Source: Nitrosospira multiformis ATCC 25196
GTDB taxonomy: Bacteria > Pseudomonadota > Gammaproteobacteria > Burkholderiales > Nitrosomonadaceae
Length of the DNA: 32,000 nt
NCBI RefSeq assembly: GCF_000196355.1
Contig: NC_007614.1
Span: 2,850,001 to 2,882,000 of the forward strand
Direction of reading: 5' to 3'
Translations under genes and position numbers: made by a program
The notes under the pieces: model-generated
Database searches by the model: none
The model's input: only the letters and a program-made list of their open reading frames with translations
Told to the model about the DNA's origin: nothing
Part shown: piece by piece, positions 21,411 to 30,050 of the stretch
How the letters are laid out: every line of letters starts with the position of its first letter
Numbering within the stretch: the first letter of the stretch is position 1

Positions 21411-21797
21411 CTATGCGCGCCAAGCTTGCACGGGAGGGCCGCGCGTGGAGTAGGAGGTATAAGAATTGAAGAAAAGAGGCTGTGATTTTCGATAAAGACG
21501 CGCCTGCCGCCTTGTCTGACTCGAAAATACAATTACAAGGATAGAGAAAATAACGCTGAAACCTGTCAGCGCAAGGCAGTCGAGACAAAGCCGGTCGTTG
21601 TCGGCTTCACCCTCCGCCTCGTCAGCCACAGGAGGGATTACATCTTTGACTGCAGCGTCCTCCATCGTTTCCACCTCGGAAACGATGTCGCCTGCGGTGG
21701 TTTCCCCGACGTGAGTCAGCGCATGCGCCGCCTGAAGGACGGGCACCCATGCCAGCGCGAGCGCCAGCAGAACCAGAAATGATTGCTTACGCAACAT
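21411..21797 (-). CDS. Small secreted/membrane protein, possibly DUF2946-like
   Basis: 128 aa from MLRKQSFLVLLALALAWVPVLQAAHA (signal peptide) with CLDCL motif and a C-terminal TM; the ORF track starts at 21818. Lies between the TonB receptor and Fur-family genes on the same strand. Confidence 0.55.
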   Translation of the reverse strand: MLRKQSFLVLLALALAWVPVLQAAHALTHVGETTAGDIVSEVETMEDAAVKDVIPPVADEAEGEADNDRLCLDCLALTGFSVIFSILVIVFSSQTRRQARLYRKSQPLFFNSYTSYSTRGPPVQAWRA

Positions 21798-21854
21798 TAT
21801 CGACCAACCGCTATTCATTCCGGTGTCTTTACTGCATCAGCAACGATTCATCAA

Positions 21855-22283
21855 TCAGACACATTCGGCACACAAGCCTTTAACAGTCAACTCAACTTCC
21901 CGGGAACGATAACCCGCCGGCAGGACAAATTCGTGCGTAGTCTCGACCTCATTGAGACAAACCACCTTTGTGCAACGCAAGCATTCAAAGTGGGCATGTT
22001 GCTGCGAATGTTCGTGAAGGTTGGCACGAAAACGCCAGACTCTATCCGCACTCACCACCCGATGCACAAAGCCTTTCTCATTCAGCCACTCCAGCACCCG
22101 ATAGAGCGTAACCCGATCAAACCGATGTTCGCCCTTCAATCGCTCTTCAATTTCGTGATGCGTGACAGCTCGCCGCTCCGACAGTAGCATGGCAAGGATA
22201 TGAATCCGTCCGGGAGTGATACGCTCCCCGCGGTGACGGATCATCTCTTCGGCTTTTTTCTGAAGATCAATCAAAAAATGCAT
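21855..22283 (-). CDS. zur: Fur-family metalloregulator, likely Zur
   Basis: From ATG at 22283: MHFLIDLQKKAEEMIRHRGERITPGRIHILAMLLSERRAVTHHEIEERL..FDRVTLYRVLEWLNEKGFVHRV....HAHFECLRCTKVVCLNE...GLCAECV: winged helix, HAHFECxxCxxVxCL, CxxC structural zinc site. The track start at 22460 adds an improbable N-terminus. Confidence 0.8.
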   Translation of the reverse strand: MHFLIDLQKKAEEMIRHRGERITPGRIHILAMLLSERRAVTHHEIEERLKGEHRFDRVTLYRVLEWLNEKGFVHRVVSADRVWRFRANLHEHSQQHAHFECLRCTKVVCLNEVETTHEFVLPAGYRSREVELTVKGLCAECV

Positions 22284-22296
22284 TTGTGGTGTAGTT

Positions 22297-22311
22297 TGCA
22301 ACAGAGTTGCA
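22297..22311. promoter_or_regulatory. Candidate metalloregulator operator (perfect palindrome)
   Basis: TGCAAC-AGA-GTTGCA, 13 nt upstream of the Fur/Zur-like ATG, in the divergent intergenic region with the 22420 gene. Confidence 0.35.
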
Positions 22312-22419
22312 TTTACTATAACTGAAAAGGCAAGCATTTGCAATCGCGTGCGTCGAGATCCGCATGCATGGCATTGCCTTTGCAGTGCATTGGTGGCAGG
22401 ACAGTTGTAACAGGTAACG

Positions 22420-23781
22420 ATGAAACCAGGACGCGTCCTTTTTTTACTGCTTGCGGGCATGCTCGCCTATATCATTTCTGGATGCTCGCCCGCTTCCGCA
22501 GCGCCAACGCATAAGGGAACGCCCTCCAATTATCGAGGACTACTGAAGGAACTCAAGCCGGGCGACCACCTGCAACTCGCGCCAGGAGATTATAAGGAGG
22601 GATTGCCAGTCCACCATCTTCATGGAACCCCGGATGCACCCATCACGATTAGCGGAGCCAGTGAAAAAAATCCCCCAGCCTTCCGGGCGCGACCGGGTCA
22701 CAACACCATCAGCATCCTCAATTCCGGTTACATCGTCCTTCGTGATCTGGACATCGAGGGCAACAACTTACCGGTGGACGGGGTAAAATGCGAGGGACAT
22801 GCCGACTGGGCACATCACATTACCCTTGAGGGGTTACGCGTGCGCGGTCATGGCAACAACCAGCAGACCGTGGCCATCTCCACCAAATGTCCCGCCTGGA
22901 ACTGGATAATACGCAAAAATATCATCGAAGGCGCAGGCACTGGGCTCTATCTCGGCAACTCGGACGGCCGCGCGCCGTTTGTGGCCGGTTTGATCGAGCA
23001 CAATCTGATCGTTGACACGATAGGCTACAACTTGCAGATCAAGCATCAGGCACCTCGTCCCGCGCTGCCGGGAATGCCGCACGAACCTGGCACAACGATT
23101 ATTCGCCATAATGTTTTCAGCAAGGTAAATGGGGGAGCGAGAGAGTGGACCCGACCGAATGTACTGGTCGGCCACTGGCCTCTTACCGGCCCGGGATCAA
23201 ATGATCTTTATCTCATCTATGGCAATTTCTTTTATCAGAATCCGCACGAATCATTGTTCCAAGGCGAGGGAAACATTGCTTTGTACAATAACGTGTTTGT
23301 AAATCACTCTGGCGATGCAGTGCGCATCCAGCCTCACAATGGTACTCCTCGCGTAATCAGCGTGTTTTACAATACAGTGATTGCGCGACATACCGGTATC
23401 ACTTTGTCGACTGGAAAAGAAGACTTAACTGATCAGCACTGGATGGAAGGTAATGCCATTTTTGCCCGGATACCTTTAGCGGGCTACCCGACCAGGCGAA
23501 ATCTTGTTGGCAGATATCAGGCTGCGAGCGAATCTCTTATCAAGCCATTCGCGCCCCTGGGACAAATGAATCTTGCCCTGCTACCCGGCAAATGGCGCTT
23601 TCCTTCCATTGATTCCGGTCGGTTACGTCTATACCCGGACTCGGAAAAAGATTTCGACGGCGCGGTGGAAGATGTTCGTTTTGGTGCTTACGCTAATATA
23701 AAAAATAAGCCGGAACGCTGGATGCCGAAGCTGGAAATAAAGCCTGAATTTTACAGTGCCAAAAAACTTATGCAGAGGTAG
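22420..23781 (+). CDS. Putative lipoprotein with right-handed parallel beta-helix (polysaccharide lyase/carbohydrate-active-like)
   Basis: 453 aa; signal with lipobox-like YIISGC; LKPGDHLQLAPGDYKEGLPVHHLHGTPDAPITISGASEKNPPAF matches the start of PL6/chondroitinase-B-type beta-helix proteins; repeated GN/HNxF turns (IEHNLIV, IRHNVFS, LYNNVFVN, VFYNTVIA). Confidence 0.75.
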   Translation: MKPGRVLFLLLAGMLAYIISGCSPASAAPTHKGTPSNYRGLLKELKPGDHLQLAPGDYKEGLPVHHLHGTPDAPITISGASEKNPPAFRARPGHNTISILNSGYIVLRDLDIEGNNLPVDGVKCEGHADWAHHITLEGLRVRGHGNNQQTVAISTKCPAWNWIIRKNIIEGAGTGLYLGNSDGRAPFVAGLIEHNLIVDTIGYNLQIKHQAPRPALPGMPHEPGTTIIRHNVFSKVNGGAREWTRPNVLVGHWPLTGPGSNDLYLIYGNFFYQNPHESLFQGEGNIALYNNVFVNHSGDAVRIQPHNGTPRVISVFYNTVIARHTGITLSTGKEDLTDQHWMEGNAIFARIPLAGYPTRRNLVGRYQAASESLIKPFAPLGQMNLALLPGKWRFPSIDSGRLRLYPDSEKDFDGAVEDVRFGAYANIKNKPERWMPKLEIKPEFYSAKKLMQR

Positions 23782-23840
23782 ACTTTAGCCCTACAGCATC
23801 GAACACGTCGAACAAAAATACCTCTCTCTGAGCCACATCA

Positions 23841-26800
23841 TTGACTAACGCCACGAACTCGACAGCGCAATATCAGCTCAACACGTCATCGCTTGTTGGC
23901 CCTGTCCTGATCTATCTGGCGATTATCGTATATGGAAGCTTGCTTCCATTCCACTGGAATGGCCTCTCGCTTTCCGCCGCATGGTCGAATTTCCAGCATA
24001 TCCCGCTGTTGAAACTGGGAGTAGCCAGCCGTGCAGACCTGGTAGCCAACCTGCTTTTATATATCCCTTTCGGGCTGCTGCTCTGCGGTTGGCTGGTGGG
24101 AGAAAATCGGCAACCCCGGTTGATGTCGACCGGCATGCTGTTGTCGCTGCTGCTTTCATTGACAGTTGCGCTAGGCGTGGAATTTATCCAGCAATTCTTT
24201 GCTCCTCGCACCGTCTCGCTGAACGATATTTTTGCGGAGATTGCCGGCTCGATATTAGGGATTGCGCTCTGGCCTGTTATTGGGAAACACCTGACGCGTC
24301 TGCCCCAAACCATTGGCAATGGAGGAACACAGGCACGAGAGGGCATACTGGTCGCGTACGCCCTGTTGTATGCAGTACTCAGCTTATTTCCTTATGATTT
24401 TCTACTGTCCTTCGACGAGTGGCGGGACAAATTGGCCTCCGGTGCCGCCGGGTGGGTATTTGCGCCGAACTGCGGTGAAAAGTGCTTTTTACGACTCATC
24501 CCGGAGGCACTTCTGGTCGCGCCGCTGGCCGCGCTGATCTTTCGACAGCCCAGGCAACCCCCCCTGCCTTCCCTACTTCTTTCCGCAACAATTACGGGCG
24601 CAATACTGGGAGTTTTGATCGAAAGCCTGCAATTGACGATTGCGTCCGGCATCAGTCAGGGAGCTTCAGTCATCTCACGTGCAGCAGGCCTGGCGCTTGG
24701 AGCCGGACTGATACCGGTTGCCACGGGGGTGGATTGGCCCGCGCTGCGCCGGTACATCAACCCTGTACTGGCCCTGTGTATCCTCCCCTACCTGGGGGCG
24801 CTTGCGTGGTTGAACGGCTGGTTTTCGGGCGATCGACTGGGAGTATCCGAGGGTTTGGAGAAGCTTGGAGACATACACTTCGCACCGTTTTACTATCACT
24901 ATTTCAGTACTGAAACAGTCGCGCTTGCAAGCCTGTTATTTCAAGCTGCGCTCTATCTACCTATCGGGGCAGGCTTATGGCTCTGGCACTGGAGCAGTTT
25001 CCGGAGCGAGTGGCAACAAGACCGTCAACGGAGAACAGTCGTTGCTGGACTGGTTGCAGGAATAGTTGCATGTATTATTGAAGCCGGTAAGCTCTTCATT
25101 ACGGCGAAGCATCCAGACCCGACCAATATCCTGATAGCGGTGGCGGCAGCGATGGGAGCCTATCGGGTGCTCCATGCACTCTCTATCCCTCAGACTGACA
25201 CGCCGGCATCATCTGCGCGATTCAAGCCTGAGGAAATTGCGTCCCGCCATTATTTGACCCCGATTCTGGAGAAGTTTGCGGAAATCCCTCGGGCTGAGCA
25301 GCTTCTCTCGAAGGAACGTCCTCGCTGGACAGTGGCCGCCGGTGTCCTTGCTATCGTTTTCGCGACCTGGGCTGTGGTGACGACTCCGCTCAGCACAGGG
25401 TGGGTTTTTTTATCTCTTATCATATATGCAACATTGCTCTGGCGGCAGCCCGGTCTATGGCTCGTCTGCGTGCCCGCCTTGTTACCGCTACTTGATCTAA
25501 CGCATTGGACCGGCCGATTGTTCTGGACCGAGTTTGATACAGTGCTCCTGGTCACCCTGGGGGTAGGATATCTAAGGCTCGGCTCCAGATTGCCTCCGCA
25601 ACGTTCGTTGAGGAGATTCGGGCGCCTGCTGTTCTTCCTTTTTGTACTATCCGCAGCGATCAGCTTCGTCATCGGCTTATTCCCACTGGCGATACTCGAC
25701 CATAACGCCTTCTCGAGCTACATCAGTTCTTATAATGCGTTACGGGCGGGCAAAGGTTTGCTATTTGTTCTGGCTTTTATGCCTCTGCTTGCACTTCAAT
25801 GGGAAGAGCCGCTGCGCGCCACGAACCGTCTCGCTCTGGGAATGACATTGGGACTGGCAGGAACGGTGGCTTATGTATTATGGGAACGCGCTACATTTCC
25901 GGGACTTTTCAATTTTGAGGACGACTACCGCATCACCGGACCTTTCCCGGGCATGCATGTCGGTGGAGCTTATATCGAAGCCTTTCTGACCGCCACATTG
26001 CCATTCGTGGCACTTCTTGCATGGGAGCAACGCCGTGCCTGGGTTACGTTATTGGCGGTGGGTCTGTATGGCTTGGGAGGATATAGTGTGATGGTGACGT
26101 TCTCCCGGGGTGGCCAGGCGGCTTTTGCCTTGGGGAGCCTGGTTCTGCTGCTCGGCTTCTTGAAGCTTGCAGCCCGCGGGAATTCGCACCGCTTTTCCAA
26201 CATGGTTGCAGTGATTCTGATTGCCGGCGTTGCGACAGTCATTACATGGCCCATCTTCAGTGGGCAGTATAGCCAGACACGCTGGGCAATAGCCGAGCGG
26301 GACATGGACGTGCGCGCTGCCCATTGGGATGATGTCGTGAGCATTATTCAGAGGCAAAATGCGTCGCTTTTTGGCATGGGCCTGGGCTCGTTTCCAGCAG
26401 CCTATTTCTGGAACTCAAACGCACCCTCCCGCCCGGCCACTTATGGGTTCGTCAACGAAAACGGGAACAGCCTGTTACGACTCGGTAGTGGCGATCCTCT
26501 CTATTTTGAGCAAACCGTGGCAGTTGTGGCAGAACAATCGTATACGCTTGCAATGGATTTGCGCACGAAGACTGGAAATCCCATCCTGATTCCGGTGGTC
26601 TGCGAAAAAGCAATGCTTTATTCTTATACTTGCGCGAACCCGCCGCTACGAATTAATGCACCCGATAGGAACTGGTTTCATTTGGAGGTGCAAATTCATG
26701 CCAAGAATTTCGGACCACCGGGAAGCCGACTCCCAAGGCCCGTAATATTATCCCTCTACAATGGTGAACCTGGCACGGTAGTGGATGTGGACAACGTAAG

Positions 26801-27200
26801 GCTGCTGGATATCTCCGGAAAAAATCTGGTACGTAATGGCGATTTTTCGGATGGCATGCATCACTGGTTTTTTTCGACAGATAACTACTGGCCATGGCAC
26901 GTGGAAAATCTTTACCTGAGCGTTTTCTTTGAACAGGGCTGGTTCGGACTGCTCTGTTTCCTTGCGCTCATTGGCTATGCAATCGTACGATGGTTGCCGC
27001 GCGCCTGGAGAGATGATCCGCTGAGCCTGGTACTATGCGCATCGTTCACGGCCTTCCTCGCCGTTGGCGTCTTGAACAGCTGGTCAGACGAACCCCGCCT
27101 CAGTTTCCTGTTTTACCTGTTACTGATCGCGGGATTGATCGCCGAGGCGCCTTTTGTTCAGACAAGGCAGCACTCTGCCATGATGCGGAACAACCCATGA
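23841..27200 (+). CDS. Multi-domain membrane protein: three VanZ-like units plus an O-antigen ligase/Wzy-like domain containing an inserted beta-sandwich/CBM-like segment
   Basis: 1119 aa from a TTG. VanZ-like motifs GVEFIQQFFAPRTVSLNDIFAEIAGSILG, GVLIESLQLTIASGISQGASVISRAAGLALG and IIEAGKLFITAKHPDPTNILIAVAAAMG; ligase-like YSVMVTFSRGGQAAFALG, GMGLGSFP and WHVENLYLSVFFEQGWFG; insert contains NLVRNGDFSDGMHHWFF. Confidence 0.82.
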   Translation: MTNATNSTAQYQLNTSSLVGPVLIYLAIIVYGSLLPFHWNGLSLSAAWSNFQHIPLLKLGVASRADLVANLLLYIPFGLLLCGWLVGENRQPRLMSTGMLLSLLLSLTVALGVEFIQQFFAPRTVSLNDIFAEIAGSILGIALWPVIGKHLTRLPQTIGNGGTQAREGILVAYALLYAVLSLFPYDFLLSFDEWRDKLASGAAGWVFAPNCGEKCFLRLIPEALLVAPLAALIFRQPRQPPLPSLLLSATITGAILGVLIESLQLTIASGISQGASVISRAAGLALGAGLIPVATGVDWPALRRYINPVLALCILPYLGALAWLNGWFSGDRLGVSEGLEKLGDIHFAPFYYHYFSTETVALASLLFQAALYLPIGAGLWLWHWSSFRSEWQQDRQRRTVVAGLVAGIVACIIEAGKLFITAKHPDPTNILIAVAAAMGAYRVLHALSIPQTDTPASSARFKPEEIASRHYLTPILEKFAEIPRAEQLLSKERPRWTVAAGVLAIVFATWAVVTTPLSTGWVFLSLIIYATLLWRQPGLWLVCVPALLPLLDLTHWTGRLFWTEFDTVLLVTLGVGYLRLGSRLPPQRSLRRFGRLLFFLFVLSAAISFVIGLFPLAILDHNAFSSYISSYNALRAGKGLLFVLAFMPLLALQWEEPLRATNRLALGMTLGLAGTVAYVLWERATFPGLFNFEDDYRITGPFPGMHVGGAYIEAFLTATLPFVALLAWEQRRAWVTLLAVGLYGLGGYSVMVTFSRGGQAAFALGSLVLLLGFLKLAARGNSHRFSNMVAVILIAGVATVITWPIFSGQYSQTRWAIAERDMDVRAAHWDDVVSIIQRQNASLFGMGLGSFPAAYFWNSNAPSRPATYGFVNENGNSLLRLGSGDPLYFEQTVAVVAEQSYTLAMDLRTKTGNPILIPVVCEKAMLYSYTCANPPLRINAPDRNWFHLEVQIHAKNFGPPGSRLPRPVILSLYNGEPGTVVDVDNVRLLDISGKNLVRNGDFSDGMHHWFFSTDNYWPWHVENLYLSVFFEQGWFGLLCFLALIGYAIVRWLPRAWRDDPLSLVLCASFTAFLAVGVLNSWSDEPRLSFLFYLLLIAGLIAEAPFVQTRQHSAMMRNNP

Positions 27201-27277
27201 TATCGTCGCCGCATTTATATTCGGCGCGTCCAGTTCACTCGAATCGAGCAGGGATTGTCACTGAACACCAAGGATCA

Positions 27278-29119
27278 TCAAATCTGATCTCTCATGACCG
27301 CTGCGGAACTCACCGAAATAAAGTCGCACTTGAACGACTGGGTGTTGAGATCAACCCTCAGTCCGTTATCAGGTGAGCACGAGACGAAATTCAGGCTTTC
27401 AAGCACCTGCTGGGCCGGAATATTGCGCCCTGTGGGTCTGAAATTAACCCACAAACTCTGGGGCTTTTGCTCACGCGGTCTGTTCACCAGATAATTGAAG
27501 AAAGCCTGCTCAATGAATCTCCCCTGCACCCGGCAGGAGAGCATGAAATCTTCAATGCGTATCTCCTTCTCTTCGATTCGAACAATACAGAATCCAACAG
27601 CACCATAAGAACCGTAGTTATCCGAACAACGCAGCACGTATTTCTCTACTTCCTGATTCGCCAGAATAGGCAGAATCTCGCTCCTCTGGTACTTGCGCCC
27701 TGAGAAATTCAATTGGTTCGTGCGCTGGACAAGTTCGGACACACGTTCCAGATCATCATCCGTATAAAGATCGACAAAGAGCTTTATTTCGCATGCTGCC
27801 AGGAATCCGAGATAATCTGACCCAAACTGGGTCGCACTTTTCCTGCGCACGAATTCTTCGCGATAAAACTGGCTGCGTTTTCTCGCATCCTCATTGGTGG
27901 ACCCCTGATAGCGCGGATTCGAGAAAAGATCGGCGATCTTCTCTGCATTCACGCAGGTGACCCCCTTCAAGGCCCGTGATACTTCTTCCAGTTCGAATGG
28001 ATTGTCGTCGATGAAAGCAAAGGTATCGAGTCCTATATTGAGTTGCTCCGCTATTGCCTTGATATTTTCGCTCTTGGGAAGCCAGTTGATCTGAGGATAT
28101 AGAAAATAATCCGCCATACCCAATTCTTCCAGCCGGCGCCAGGCGCTGGATTCATCGTTCTTGCTTGCGATACTGAGCAGGATTCCCCGTTCGTCGAAGA
28201 AGCGCAGCAACTCGAGTACCTTTGGCCGCAAACCAACCCCTTCATTCTCGAGCAATATCCCGTCCCATAAGGTATTGTCGAGGTCCCACACCACGCACTT
28301 GATTTTCGGCTGACTGGAAATGTCTATCCTTGCGGCCTCGGCTCGAACTACGAAATCGGCAGTCAGAAATACCAGGCGTGCAGTACCCTCCCCATCCGGG
28401 ATAATGGCGATGTCAAACGGAAGGCCGCATTCCGTGATCCTCGAGAATTGTTCCCGCTGGAACTCGTGACGGGAATAACCGGGAGGCAATGTGACCGATG
28501 CCCGGAATGGGAGTGGAAGCTGAGCCGAGGAAAATTTGCCCCCTGGGCTGGCGACTGACATGCCCAGCTGCATGCGAACGGGAACATTCATCGGATTGTA
28601 TACTTCCAGCAGGAAAAGATTCGGCTGCTGTCTGGAATTGGAATCATTCCTTCGATGCAGCCAGCGCCCGAGCCGTTCGAGGAGCGTATGCTCCAGATAT
28701 GACCAGCGGCTGTCCCGCGTAACGCGCTGGACGAAGGCCCCGACAATATTAATCAGCGGTGCGGATAAATCGACCATGCGTTCGGTCCACAGGGCCACGC
28801 CGGAGGGCAGTAGCAGTGTATTACCCCGGGCCTCGATCTTGCCCCATTTCTTGAATGAAACCTCTGCGCCGTAGCCCCGCGCCGATGGAAAACGGGGATT
28901 GCGATACATCCCATACGTCAGGCGACGGCATCGCGTATCGGGCCGGCTCTGATATAGATCGCAACTTGCAAAGCAGCTCGGGGCTGCACATTCCACGCAG
29001 TGCTCACCCCACATGAGCAAGGACATTTGCTCGATATCGCGAACCGCTTCGTAAGACGATCGAGGAGCCAGCTCGCGATCCTCGTGCAACTGCTTTTCGT
29101 ATTTATCGAACTCGAACAT
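27278..29119 (-). CDS. HAD-superfamily FkbH-type (HAD-IIIC) protein with C-terminal GNAT-like region and a Cys-cluster N-terminal extension
   Basis: 613 aa; KCVVWDLDNTLWDGILLENEGVGL, LLSIASKNDE, TFAFIDDNPFELEEV, TNQLNFSGRKY, FMLSCRVQGRFIEQAFFNYL. N-terminus has HCVECAAPSCFASCDLYQSRPDTRC. Confidence 0.88.
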   Translation of the reverse strand: MFEFDKYEKQLHEDRELAPRSSYEAVRDIEQMSLLMWGEHCVECAAPSCFASCDLYQSRPDTRCRRLTYGMYRNPRFPSARGYGAEVSFKKWGKIEARGNTLLLPSGVALWTERMVDLSAPLINIVGAFVQRVTRDSRWSYLEHTLLERLGRWLHRRNDSNSRQQPNLFLLEVYNPMNVPVRMQLGMSVASPGGKFSSAQLPLPFRASVTLPPGYSRHEFQREQFSRITECGLPFDIAIIPDGEGTARLVFLTADFVVRAEAARIDISSQPKIKCVVWDLDNTLWDGILLENEGVGLRPKVLELLRFFDERGILLSIASKNDESSAWRRLEELGMADYFLYPQINWLPKSENIKAIAEQLNIGLDTFAFIDDNPFELEEVSRALKGVTCVNAEKIADLFSNPRYQGSTNEDARKRSQFYREEFVRRKSATQFGSDYLGFLAACEIKLFVDLYTDDDLERVSELVQRTNQLNFSGRKYQRSEILPILANQEVEKYVLRCSDNYGSYGAVGFCIVRIEEKEIRIEDFMLSCRVQGRFIEQAFFNYLVNRPREQKPQSLWVNFRPTGRNIPAQQVLESLNFVSCSPDNGLRVDLNTQSFKCDFISVSSAAVMRDQI

Positions 29120-29166
29120 GACGCCGATTTACCCCAATCATCCGTTACGTCGCTGAGAATGCGAAA

Positions 29167-29859
29167 TCATGTCCGGCGGCAAATGAATGACTTTCCCAAG
29201 GGCGCGTATGCCATATAAGGAATGAAGCATATGCCGCTCTCCTTCCGCAAAAAATCTGAAAGGGCTTTCTGCTCGCCCTGCTCCGGATCAGCCTTGTAGT
29301 TATAGAAATCGTCAAAGCAGACGATGGAGCCATTTACAAGGTACGGCTGGATAAAATCGAGTACCTCGACCGTGGAATCATAGAGGTCGCAATCGATATA
29401 GACGATCGCCGCTTTGCGTCCCGCGAGCCGCCGGCGCGTTGCGTCATTCAGACTCTCTCTGTAAAAACCTTCGACCAGCTCGTACTCGCAAGAACGAATG
29501 CCTCGCGATTTCAGAATCGACTCGAATTCGGGGCGACTGCAGGCAAACTGTCCTTTGTACCAGATGTTATCTGGATGGGCTCCGGTATCAGGTAATCCCT
29601 GAAAGGAGTCAAACCCCCATAATTTCATATCCTGCCTGCGATAGCGATGCTTCATCCTGTGCGCATAGCCAAAGGTTTTTCCTCTCCATAATCCGAATTC
29701 GAGGTAATCTCCGCAGACTTCATTGATCTTGATGAACTCAAAAGCCTGGCTCAACATTCCAAGCTCAGTCATACGATTATCGGACCGGTGATCCAGCACC
29801 TCCATCATGCGCGCGAACCACTCCATGTCTATAATTTTTTTTACAGCATTTTTTATCAT
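29167..29859 (-). CDS. TylF/MycF-family O-methyltransferase-like protein
   Basis: 230 aa; GDYLEFGLWRGKTFGYA, LWGFDSFQGLP, AAIVYIDCDLYDSTVEVLDFIQPYLVNGSIVCFDDFYNY typical of TylF/MycF/NovP family. Confidence 0.85.
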   Translation of the reverse strand: MIKNAVKKIIDMEWFARMMEVLDHRSDNRMTELGMLSQAFEFIKINEVCGDYLEFGLWRGKTFGYAHRMKHRYRRQDMKLWGFDSFQGLPDTGAHPDNIWYKGQFACSRPEFESILKSRGIRSCEYELVEGFYRESLNDATRRRLAGRKAAIVYIDCDLYDSTVEVLDFIQPYLVNGSIVCFDDFYNYKADPEQGEQKALSDFLRKESGICFIPYMAYAPLGKSFICRRT

Positions 29860-30050
29860 GATCTGAACAACGTCGATTTATAGCGTGAACTTTAAATTCA
29901 ATAGAACGGCGGAATTGGATGGTATCTCACTTATTTTTCCGGAGAACATGCATACCACCCGCATTTGCATGCTGCGCCAATGAGCGTCGGCAGTTATGAG
30001 ATCATTAAGCGTCGAAGCATATAAAGAGCACATTTCCGTCCCCTGTAAAA

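Noticed and set aside
21855-22460. N-terminal extension of the Fur/Zur ORF (MPASSKKRTRPGFIVTCYNCPATNALQRQCHACGSRR...)
   Set aside because: The CxxC-looking extension is upstream sequence in frame. Family proteins start near MHFLIDLQKKAEE, and the extension spans the palindrome and intergenic region.
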